Assembly (NCBI GenBank): GCA_025363815.1 | Contig: JANYLB010000025.1 | Coordinates: 1,581-65,580 of the forward strand | Reading direction: 5' to 3' | Length of the DNA: 64,000 nt | From: Actinomycetes bacterium | GTDB lineage: Bacteria; Actinomycetota; Acidimicrobiia; IMCC26256; JANYLB01 | Shown: one piece after another, positions 9,309-17,049 of the stretch | Layout: each line of letters begins with the position of its first letter | Numbering within the stretch: position 1 is the first letter of the stretch | Program-made: the position numbers and the translations under genes | The notes under the pieces: generated by a model | Databases searched by the model: none | Seen by the model: the letters and a program-made list of their open reading frames with translations, nothing else | What the model was told of the DNA's origin: nothing

Positions 9309-10547
9309 TCACGTGTGTTCCTCACGCCAGTTGTCGGGGAGCGCGCGGTCGAGCACGTCGTCGACAGTCACGGCACCGAGCAGTCGACCGGCTTCGTCAC
9401 ATACCGGGAGCGCCATGAGGTTGTAGGCCGCGAGACGTTCCGCGACCGAGGTCTCGGCCAGGTCGGGGCTGATCGGCTTGACGGCATCGCTGTCGATGCA
9501 GTCGATGAGACTGGTGCCGGGCGGCACCCGCAGGAGGCGCTGGAATCCGATGACTCCCAGGTAGGGGCCGGTCGGGGTGGAGATAGGCGGCTCGGCTACA
9601 AACACCTGGGCGCCCAGGGCCGCGGGCACCGATGAGTCACGGATTCGTGCCAGCGCCGAAGCCACTGTGGAATCCGGTCGTAGCACCACGGGCTCGGGGT
9701 TCATCAGGCCGCCCGCGGTGTTCTCGTCGTAGAGGAGCAGCCGGCGGACGGGTGCCGCCTCTTCCGGCTCCATCTCGCCGAGCAGCTTTACCCGCAGCGC
9801 CGGCTCCATCTCGCCGAGCAGGTCGGCCGCGTCGTCGGGTTGCATCTGTTCGAGCACGTCGGCGGCGCGTTCGTGGGTGAAGCTCTTCATGATCTCGACC
9901 TGCTCGTCTTCGTCCATCTCCTCGAGCACGTCGGCGAGCCATTCGTCGTCCATCGCCGCGGCGAGCGCTCGACGTTGCGCCAGGGGGAGCGTTCGTAGCC
10001 GGTCGGCGAGGTCGGACGGGTGCAGGTCGCGCAGACCGGCCATCTCACGAGCCATGGGACCGGCGTCGAAGAGCGTCACCACCGACGACCAGGCGACGGT
10101 GTGCGACCGCCCGCGCCGCCGAATGGGGCGCGGAGAGCGCAGGGAGACGGTTGCGACCTCCCACCCGACGCCGCGGGCTTCGGAGTGGACCAGGCCGATG
10201 TCGTTCACGATCTCGTCGCCGATCCGGCGGTCGAGCAGGTCCTCCTGTATGAGCAGCTCGCCGCCGCGACGCCGAAAGTGGCGCAGGTCGATTGCGGCTG
10301 CCCGCAGGCGTGCCCCACCTGTGTCGAGGCTCTCGATCTTTGCTGCGTTCACGAAGATGCTCCGGCGTTCCACCGCGGCGACGAAGCCGATGACCCTGGG
10401 CGCGCCCGACAGGGTCGGGGGGAGGATCACGACCTCGGCGACGCGACCCACGGGTGCTCCTCCGATGTCGAGGAGCGGCAGCTTCGTCAGCCGGGAGACA
10501 TAGACAGGGACGGGCTGGAGGGCCTGAAGGCCGGGCGAGCGCTGCAC
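9309..10547 (-). CDS. PRC-barrel / MgtE N-terminal / CBS-pair domain protein (no transporter domain)
   Basis: A 412-aa ORF with an MgtE_N-like acidic helical repeat region (EQMQPDDAADLLGEMEP) and a C-terminal CBS pair. The conserved actinobacterial pairing with DUF1003 lies downstream. Confidence 0.75.
   Translation of the reverse strand: MQRSPGLQALQPVPVYVSRLTKLPLLDIGGAPVGRVAEVVILPPTLSGAPRVIGFVAAVERRSIFVNAAKIESLDTGGARLRAAAIDLRHFRRRGGELLIQEDLLDRRIGDEIVNDIGLVHSEARGVGWEVATVSLRSPRPIRRRGRSHTVAWSSVVTLFDAGPMAREMAGLRDLHPSDLADRLRTLPLAQRRALAAAMDDEWLADVLEEMDEDEQVEIMKSFTHERAADVLEQMQPDDAADLLGEMEPALRVKLLGEMEPEEAAPVRRLLLYDENTAGGLMNPEPVVLRPDSTVASALARIRDSSVPAALGAQVFVAEPPISTPTGPYLGVIGFQRLLRVPPGTSLIDCIDSDAVKPISPDLAETSVAERLAAYNLMALPVCDEAGRLLGAVTVDDVLDRALPDNWREEHT
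9764..9821 (-). repeat. In-frame internal duplication (two identical 22-nt copies, 36-nt period) in the MgtE_N-like region
   Basis: CCGGCTCCATCTCGCCGAGCAG occurs at 9764-9785 and 9800-9821 and encodes LLGEMEP twice. Confidence 0.85.
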
Positions 10548-10601
10548 CCGGTCACCCTACCGATCCGGCCCGCGACCGGCGAGGACGTCACCACCCCGAG
10601 A

Positions 10602-11153
10602 TCAGAGCGTGAGCGAGGGTTCGAACGTCTCGATCGGGCCGTACCCGAAGAGCTCGGCGACGAGACGCCTGGCTGTGCTCTCACGTGTCCGCTGGTACTT
10701 GCGAACGGCTTCGTTGTACCGGGTCACGAGGATGGCCGGAGCCGTGGTCTTGTCGAACGCATCCTTCGCCTGCACCACGGTCGGGGTCTGCGTGAGCCGA
10801 GCCGAGGAACCGAGCACCGCTTGGAGTTGGCCCACGCGGGCCTCGAGGTCGTCTGCGGCCTCAACCATATTCTTGGCATCGGTGCTCTTCGCCGCGAACG
10901 TCCAACGCACGAGCGCGCCCTTCAGCCCCTGGAGGTCGGCGTTCTTCTCACCGGCCGCAGCCAAGGTCGCGTCAAATTGGCTGACGAGCGTGGAGAGGGC
11001 GCCATAGCGGGCGTTGAGCGGAACCACGAGCGGTGTCCACGCTGTCGCGGTGGCGTCGCGCGTCTTGTCCAGATCGGGTCGGCTGGTGACGACGAGGGCC
11101 ACCCCTGCGCCCACGATGGCCACCAACACCAGAACAATCACCGCTTTGCGCAT
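10602..11153 (-). CDS. LemA-like membrane-anchored protein
   Basis: ORF 10602..11207 with the start at the internal Met (MRKAVIVLVLVAIV). It has an N-terminal TM helix, and the C-terminal YNEAVRKYQRTRES..LVAELFGY resembles the LemA C-terminal motif. Confidence 0.5.
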   Translation of the reverse strand: MRKAVIVLVLVAIVGAGVALVVTSRPDLDKTRDATATAWTPLVVPLNARYGALSTLVSQFDATLAAAGEKNADLQGLKGALVRWTFAAKSTDAKNMVEAADDLEARVGQLQAVLGSSARLTQTPTVVQAKDAFDKTTAPAILVTRYNEAVRKYQRTRESTARRLVAELFGYGPIETFEPSLTL

Positions 11154-11253
11154 CCCGGCGAGGGTACCGGAGGGTGGCCCCGAGACCTGAGCACCGGGGT
11201 CAGGCACCCGGGGTTTCGACGGCGCTGTCCCACCGCCGCGTTACGGTGGCGTC

Positions 11254-11751
11254 ATGGCCCGCTCCCGGGCCGTGATCGTGACGCTCGTCGTCACCGTCCT
11301 GGCCGGGAGTTCGGCCGCGGGATGGTGGATCGGGCACACGCCTCACGGCCAGACCACCGCAACCGTGCTGCGAACCGTCGATGGCGACACCATCGAGGTC
11401 CGAACCTCCTCCGGCGCGACCGACACGATCCGGATCCTCGGTGTCGACACCCCCGAGACGCATCATCCGACCAAGCCGGTGCAGTGCTTCGGCCCGGAAG
11501 CATCCGACTACACCCACGCCCGTTTGATCGGCCGGACCGTCCAACTCGAGGACGACGTCGAGACGCACGACATCTACGGCCGCCGCCTCGCCTACGTGAT
11601 CGTCGACGGTGCCCGCTTCGACGACGAGCTCCTACGGCTTGGCTACGCGCGCCTGCTCGTCATCCCTCCGAACGAGATGCACGCCAGGGAGATGCTCGAA
11701 GCGGAGCTGAAGGCGCGACGCGAACGACGGGGTTTGTGGGGCGCATGCTGA
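11254..11751 (+). CDS. Thermonuclease (staphylococcal nuclease, SNase) family protein, signal/anchor peptide
   Basis: SNase motifs VDGDTIEV, ILGVDTPETHHP, YGRRLAYV and LLRLGYARL, with an N-terminal hydrophobic segment. Confidence 0.8.
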   Translation: MARSRAVIVTLVVTVLAGSSAAGWWIGHTPHGQTTATVLRTVDGDTIEVRTSSGATDTIRILGVDTPETHHPTKPVQCFGPEASDYTHARLIGRTVQLEDDVETHDIYGRRLAYVIVDGARFDDELLRLGYARLLVIPPNEMHAREMLEAELKARRERRGLWGAC

Positions 11752-11838
11752 GCGTCGCGCGCCCTGCTCGGCGCATTCCGCTCGATCTCGGGCGCTCCTG
11801 GGGTTAGCGTCTCGGGGAGTCGGACGTTTGAAGGTGGC

Positions 11839-12501
11839 ATGTTCGCCGGATTGTTACTCTCCGTGTCAGCGGTGGTGCTCATGCTCGCCCCGGTCAACGC
11901 GCCGGCCCCGCGTGCCACGAGCCAGGTCGTGGGGTCAGGCAATCCCGCCTGCAACGTTGAAGGGTCGGCGAGATTCGCACCGCCGCTGGTAGACGGCGGT
12001 ACGCGCCCGACGGTCGTGACGATCAAGGGAAAATTGACCGCATGTCGGAACGCGTTCCCGTCGGCCCCTACGCCATACGGCATCACAACGGGCACGATGA
12101 AGGCGCGCTTCACACTTCCGACCAACGACTGCCAGCGGGCCTTGTCGGCCGGCTACCGAGGCAACCCGACAGGCGCGTTCACGCTCAAGTGGCGCGGCGC
12201 GACGCACCTCGAACCGAGCGTTGTGACTGTCGGCAACATTGATCTCAACCTCTTCACCCAACAAGTCACGGGATCCGGTGACCCGTACATCGGTGACGTC
12301 TCCATGCCAGGGAGTCTCGGGACGGTGACGGGCTCGGGCTCCTTCGCCACCAGCTTCCTCATCTTCCGTGGCCGCTTCGCCGGGACCGACGCGCAAGTCC
12401 AGACCGCATGCACCCCGAAGGCCGTGCACCTGCCCGGCGGTGGCGGCCTACGGACACTGCCGCTCCTGAACTCCCTATCGTTCGTGACCGCCTCAGGCTG
12501 A
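11839..12501 (+). CDS. Hypothetical secreted protein (Cys-containing, beta-rich)
   Basis: ATG behind GAAGGTGG. It has a signal-peptide-like N-terminus (MFAGLLLSVSAVVLMLAPVNAPA). No family recognised. Confidence 0.5.
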   Translation: MFAGLLLSVSAVVLMLAPVNAPAPRATSQVVGSGNPACNVEGSARFAPPLVDGGTRPTVVTIKGKLTACRNAFPSAPTPYGITTGTMKARFTLPTNDCQRALSAGYRGNPTGAFTLKWRGATHLEPSVVTVGNIDLNLFTQQVTGSGDPYIGDVSMPGSLGTVTGSGSFATSFLIFRGRFAGTDAQVQTACTPKAVHLPGGGGLRTLPLLNSLSFVTASG

Positions 12502-12579
12502 CCGGCGGCCTGAGCGAATTCGGGAGTCCCTCGCCGCCGATCTCGAACTTGGCCATGGCGGCTGGCGCCAGCCCGTGAG

Positions 12580-12598
12580 CGACAGAGCGGCTCTGTCG
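12580..12598. promoter_or_regulatory. Perfect 19-bp palindrome upstream of the first methyltransferase gene (candidate operator)
   Basis: CGACAGAGC-G-GCTCTGTCG lies 44 nt upstream of GTG 12642 in the 140-bp intergenic region. Confidence 0.3.
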
Positions 12599-12641
12599 AT
12601 GGTGTCGGGCGATGGTTGTGGCCGTGTGATCTGATTCAGGG

Positions 12642-13400
12642 GTGCAGCCGGGGGACTACGAGCCGTCGCGTTATGGAGAGTCTCACGCCGACGTCTACGA
12701 CCGGATCTACGCGAACGCGTTTCAGACTGATCTGGCGTGCCGTCACCTCGTCGAACTGGCGGAACGCCACGGCGGTCCCGTCCTTGATATGGGGATCGGA
12801 ACAGGACGCCTTGCCGTGCCGCTGCGACAAGGCGGGGTCGACGTTCACGGCATCGATGCCAGCACCGCGATGATCGAGCGTCTGCGGGGGAGGCCGGACA
12901 CTGCAGGCATTCCTGTGTGGCTCGCGGACATGTCCGACTTCGAGCTGGATGACCGCTACGGCGTGATCGTGTGCGCGGTGAGCACCCTGTTCATGTTGCC
13001 CGACCGCGACACGCAGATCAGTTGCCTGCGTTGCGCGGCGCGCCATCTCCGGCCCGACGGCGTGTTGGTCGTCGAGGCATTCGTTCCCGACCGGCGTCGC
13101 TACGACGCCGAAGGTCAACGCGTGGAACTACGGCACCTCGACGACCACGATCTCCATGTCGTGCTCAGCCGTCACAAACTGACCGATCAGACGATCACGA
13201 TCACCCATGTCCTCGCCACCGCGGACGGTGTTCGCAGCTATCCCGTCACCCTTTCCTATGCCTGGCCTTCCGAACTCGACCTCATGGCCGCCATGGCCGA
13301 ACTCGAACTGGTGGAACGCACCGGCGGCTGGGACGCCCGCGCGTACGACGACACCACCACCGACCATGTCAGCACCTACCGCCGTCAGCCACATCCCTGA
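12642..13400 (+). CDS. Class I SAM-dependent methyltransferase
   Basis: SAM-binding motif I VLDMGIGTGRLAVPL and post-I GIDAS; 252 aa. Confidence 0.8.
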   Translation: MQPGDYEPSRYGESHADVYDRIYANAFQTDLACRHLVELAERHGGPVLDMGIGTGRLAVPLRQGGVDVHGIDASTAMIERLRGRPDTAGIPVWLADMSDFELDDRYGVIVCAVSTLFMLPDRDTQISCLRCAARHLRPDGVLVVEAFVPDRRRYDAEGQRVELRHLDDHDLHVVLSRHKLTDQTITITHVLATADGVRSYPVTLSYAWPSELDLMAAMAELELVERTGGWDARAYDDTTTDHVSTYRRQPHP

Positions 13401-13450
13401 CAATCGATGGCGCCCGCTTCGACGAGGAGCGCCTGCGGCTCCCGCGCTGA

Positions 13451-14038
13451 GTGCCTCGCGCTCTGATCGTCGTAGCTTGGGTGATGGTCTGGGAAGGTGA
13501 CGACTATCAACGCCGATTCGATGCGCTCGCGGCTCGAGGCGAAGACGTCCACGGCGAGGCCGGCTTTGTCGCGGCGCTCACGCCGGGGTCCGTCCTCGAC
13601 GCCGGGTGCGGCACGGGTCGCGTCGGCATCGAGCTCGCGCGCCGCGGAATCGAGGTTGTCGGGGTCGACGCTGATCCTTCGATGCTTGCTACCGCCCGCG
13701 AACGCGCGCCCGAGCTGACCTGGATCGAGTCCGATGTGGGCGCGCTCGATCTCGAACGGGTCTTCGACGTGGTGCTGATGGCGGGGAACGTTCCGTTGTT
13801 CACGCCGGTGGGAACTCGCCCGCAGCTCGTAGCGGGGTGCGCTCGCCACCTGGGCCCCGGCGGTGTGCTGGTTACGGGGTTCCAACTCGGCCGCGGTTAT
13901 GAGGTCCCCGACCATGACCGGCATTGCCTGGGCGTAGGGCTGGAACCAGCGGCGCGCTTCGCGACCTGGGGCGGTGAGCCCTTCCCGGGCGCCGGCGGCT
14001 ACGTGGTGTCGATCCATCGCGCCGGCCCGACAGGCTGA
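13451..14038 (+). CDS. Class I SAM-dependent methyltransferase
   Basis: Motif I VLDAGCGTGRVGIELARRG. The start may instead be ATG 13484 (MVWEGDDYQRRF). Confidence 0.8.
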   Translation: MPRALIVVAWVMVWEGDDYQRRFDALAARGEDVHGEAGFVAALTPGSVLDAGCGTGRVGIELARRGIEVVGVDADPSMLATARERAPELTWIESDVGALDLERVFDVVLMAGNVPLFTPVGTRPQLVAGCARHLGPGGVLVTGFQLGRGYEVPDHDRHCLGVGLEPAARFATWGGEPFPGAGGYVVSIHRAGPTG

Positions 14039-14167
14039 TCAGATCGCATCCGGTCGCGCCGAAAAGACGACCCGCTCAGGAGATGCCCGGCCGGTCGTCT
14101 CGTCAGCTGTGGGCGCGGCTACTGCGCTCGTTATCGCAACGGGTGTTCGCCGCTGCGAGAACGTTCG

Positions 14168-14368
14168 CTAGACCGCGCGGACGTTCTGCGCCTCTTCGCC
14201 CTTGCGACCAGGGGCGACGTCGAACTCGACCTTCTGGCCCTCTTCAAGGGAGCGGTAGCCGCTTCCCTGGATCGCCGAGAAGTGGACGAACACGTCGTCG
14301 CCGTCTTCTCGGGAGATGAAGCCGAAACCCTTTTCGGCGTTGAACCACTTGACGGTACCCGTTGCCAT
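14168..14368 (-). CDS. cspA: Cold-shock protein (CspA family)
   Basis: [18 protein letters not shown]...DVFVHFSAI carries the RNP1 and RNP2 motifs; 66 aa. Confidence 0.95.
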   Translation of the reverse strand: MATGTVKWFNAEKGFGFISREDGDDVFVHFSAIQGSGYRSLEEGQKVEFDVAPGRKGEEAQNVRAV

Positions 14369-14505
14369 GTTGAGTGCTGCTCCTGTGATGTGCGTGAAGA
14401 TGAATCAGCCCACTCGACTGCACTCGAAAGCGCATCTCCGAGTAAGCGTCGCCAGGTTATCAGGCGCAGGGAACGGCCACCCGGGGCACGGCCGGGGATG
14501 GTCAC

Positions 14506-14514
14506 TGGTACAAT
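14506..14514 (+). promoter_or_regulatory. Extended -10 element (TGgTACAAT) positioned for a leaderless transcript of the 14521 ORF
   Basis: TACAAT at 14509-14514 is preceded by TGg. The last T lies 7 nt before the A of ATG 14521, and there is no room for a Shine-Dalgarno sequence. Confidence 0.35.
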
Positions 14515-14520
14515 TGCGGG

Positions 14521-14802
14521 ATGCGCGCCGGAAGCAAGGCCCATTTCTCGGAGTTGTTGCCGCCCGTCTGCGTCCTCTGTGACGAGAAGGCCACGACGGC
14601 ACTGGTGCCGACTGAGGGTGTTCGCTTCAACAAGGACACCGGCAAGACGGTTCACGTGACCACGATGCGGTTGTGCGAACCCTGCCGGGGCGAGGTCGTC
14701 TCCGACCGAGTCACGCTCGGCTGGTCGTGGCGCGCCGAGCGCTGGGGCCGCGCCAACACGAAATCGCCTGCAGGCGACAAGTACCTCGTCTACAAGCCGT
14801 AG
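14521..14802 (+). CDS. Hypothetical small zinc-ribbon-like protein (CxxC...CxxC)
   Basis: A 93-aa ORF with CVLC and CEPC pairs. No family recognised. Confidence 0.45.
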   Translation: MRAGSKAHFSELLPPVCVLCDEKATTALVPTEGVRFNKDTGKTVHVTTMRLCEPCRGEVVSDRVTLGWSWRAERWGRANTKSPAGDKYLVYKP

Positions 14803-14819
14803 CCGGCGGCGTTGTCACC

Positions 14820-15134
14820 TCAGCCGAAGGTCACCTGGCCGTAGGTGCTGCAGAGCCCGTAGGCGTTGATGATCACGAACGCGGCGATGACCACTGGGAT
14901 GATCCATCGTCGCCATCCGCGGAGTCGGCGCGCCCCACCGGCCGGCGCGGGCATGTACCACTCGGGCAACGAGGGAGAACCGTCGGAGGGGGAGAGATCC
15001 CAGAGGCAGACGGCGTCATCGTCGACGCCAGACTCGGGATCGGCGGCGAGAGCCAATGCCGTGAGCTCGGCGTCGGAGAGAGGCTCGATGGGCGGCTGGT
15101 GTGGCTGGGGATCGTGTACGACTGAGGTGACCAA
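14820..15134 (-). CDS. Hypothetical Pro/Asp-rich protein with C-terminal TM helix
   Basis: A 104-aa ORF with the C-terminal hydrophobic segment WIIPVVIAAFVIINAYGL. No family recognised. Confidence 0.4.
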   Translation of the reverse strand: MVTSVVHDPQPHQPPIEPLSDAELTALALAADPESGVDDDAVCLWDLSPSDGSPSLPEWYMPAPAGGARRLRGWRRWIIPVVIAAFVIINAYGLCSTYGQVTFG

Positions 15135-15277
15135 GGCTTCGCTCCTGGTCGGAGTTCGGCTTCCTGAGTTTCAGGGGCGCGGCGTGCTCTGCACGGTAGC
15201 CCTGCGATCGGTATCCGTGGCCGCAGCCACGCCGTAGTTTCGCGAATCGTTCGATACCGGCATGGTTGGACGTGGGC

Positions 15278-16630
15278 TCAGATCATCGTCGCGAGGAGCT
15301 CGTCGATGAAGGTGTCGGGACACTCGGGGTGCAGGAACACGACCCGGGCAACCATCTCGCCTTTCCATCGGGTCGCCAGGCAGAGCGCGATCTGGTCTCT
15401 GAGAAGCCTCTCGGACCAACTGGCGTAGTCGGCCTCGGACCAGCCCGGACGGCGGAACAGCACAATGCTCAGCTCCGGCTCCCGCACGAGCTCGGCGTGG
15501 TCGGCGGCCTCGATCTGGCGTGCTGCGTGCCGGGCCGACGCCAGCGTGGTTTCGACGGCGGCCGAGTACGCGTCGGTTCCGTGGACTGCTAGCGAGAACC
15601 AGAACGGCAACCCTCGGGTCCGGCGCGTGAGATGGAACGCGTAGTCGGCGGGGTTCCACTCGTCGCCTTCGTGGATGGCATCGAGATACGACGCATCCTG
15701 GGCGTGGACCGCCTTGGCTCGCGCCGGCTCGCGGTAGAGCAACGCGCAACTGTCGAACGGAGCGAACAGCCACTTGTGGGGGTCGACGACGAAAGAGTCG
15801 GCGTGCTCGATCCCCGAAAAGCGGGCACGAGCGCTCGGCGCGAGGAGTGCCGCGGCACCGTAGGCGCCGTCGACGTGGAACCAGATCTTCGCCTCGCGCG
15901 CGACGTCGGCGACGCCGGCGAGGTCGTCGACAATCCCGGCGTTGGTGGTTCCCGATGTGGCGACTACCGCGCAGACTGAGGATGGATCGGCATCGCCGGC
16001 GAGCGCGGCGCGCAACGCAGTGCCGGTGAGGCGATCGTGCTCGTCGGAGGCGATGACGAGTGCGTCGACGTCGAGCAGGCGGAGCGCCGACGCGACCGAC
16101 GAGTGCGTCTCCTCACCGACCGCGACCCGCCAGCGGTCCGGACGGGAACCACGCGCCGCCGCCGCGCTGTCACGTGCTACGGCGAGGGCGGAGAGGTTGC
16201 CGATCGAGCCACCGGAGACGAAGCAGCCACCCGCGCCGGGAGGAAGTCCCGCAGCGTCGGCGAGAACTTGCAGCGCTTCGTTCTCGGCGTAGATCGCGCC
16301 GGCGCCTTCGAGCCACGACGTTCCGCACACCGACGACGCTCCAACCACGAGGTCGAACAAGAGCGAGGCTTTCGTCGGCGCGGCCGGAATGAACGATACG
16401 AATCTGGGGCTGTCGGTCGAGATGCACGCCGGCGCGAGCACGTCGGCGAACTCGCGCACGACGTCTTCGGGCTCGCGCCCTTCACGGGTGATGGTTCTAC
16501 CGGCCTGGTCGGCGAGCTTCGCGAATGGAAGAGGGCCGTCGAGTGGGACCGGGTCCATCCGGAGCCGTTCGATGGCGTAGTCGAGGCAGGCCGTAGCGAT
16601 GCGTTGCGTCAGTTCGTCGTAGGTGTGCAT
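15278..16630 (-). CDS. Pyridoxal-dependent (group II) amino-acid decarboxylase
   Basis: 450 aa, with a PLP-lysine context SFVVDPHKWLFAPFDS and SGGSIGNLSAL. Confidence 0.85.
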   Translation of the reverse strand: MHTYDELTQRIATACLDYAIERLRMDPVPLDGPLPFAKLADQAGRTITREGREPEDVVREFADVLAPACISTDSPRFVSFIPAAPTKASLLFDLVVGASSVCGTSWLEGAGAIYAENEALQVLADAAGLPPGAGGCFVSGGSIGNLSALAVARDSAAAARGSRPDRWRVAVGEETHSSVASALRLLDVDALVIASDEHDRLTGTALRAALAGDADPSSVCAVVATSGTTNAGIVDDLAGVADVAREAKIWFHVDGAYGAAALLAPSARARFSGIEHADSFVVDPHKWLFAPFDSCALLYREPARAKAVHAQDASYLDAIHEGDEWNPADYAFHLTRRTRGLPFWFSLAVHGTDAYSAAVETTLASARHAARQIEAADHAELVREPELSIVLFRRPGWSEADYASWSERLLRDQIALCLATRWKGEMVARVVFLHPECPDTFIDELLATMI

Positions 16631-16658
16631 TCGACGACGGTACGCCCGCCGGAGCGGC

Positions 16659-16979
16659 TCAGGTGTCGAGCGCCACGAGGCGAGTCCGAACCTTGTCGAT
16701 CGCGCGGCCGAGGTGGTCGCGCGCTTCGGTGTGGGAGCACCCCAACGACCGCGCCAGTTCCTTCATCGATTCGGCATCGCAGTCGAACCCATAGCGGCGG
16801 GTGAGTGCATCGCATTCAACCGAAGTGAGATCTCCGAAGGCACGAGGATCGACCTGTAACTCGAGGGCGTCGAGGTCGACCTCGTCTTCACCGAGCGTCG
16901 CCATGGCTTCGTCGGCAGGAGAATCGGGGTAAGGCCAGCCGTCGTCGGTGGGGAACAGGGGATAGGTCGAACGTGCCAT
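16659..16979 (-). CDS. Stand-alone sigma-70 region-4-like HTH protein with acidic N-terminus
   Basis: LTSVECDALTRRYGFD...SMKELARSLGCSHTEARDHLGRAIDKVRTRL resembles sigma region 4.2. Regions 2 and 3 are absent. Confidence 0.5.
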   Translation of the reverse strand: MARSTYPLFPTDDGWPYPDSPADEAMATLGEDEVDLDALELQVDPRAFGDLTSVECDALTRRYGFDCDAESMKELARSLGCSHTEARDHLGRAIDKVRTRLVALDT

Positions 16980-17049
16980 GTGCGCTCTCCGCTCGTAGTC
17001 CCAGCTCGTTCATCGTGCGCCTGTCTCGCGCTCGGGTCAAACGGGCTGG

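Noticed and set aside
10020-11807. A 595-aa plus-strand ORF crossing the CBS, LemA-like and thermonuclease loci
   Set aside because: It crosses several independently supported genes in other frames or on the other strand, and its composition is Arg/Pro/Gly-rich.
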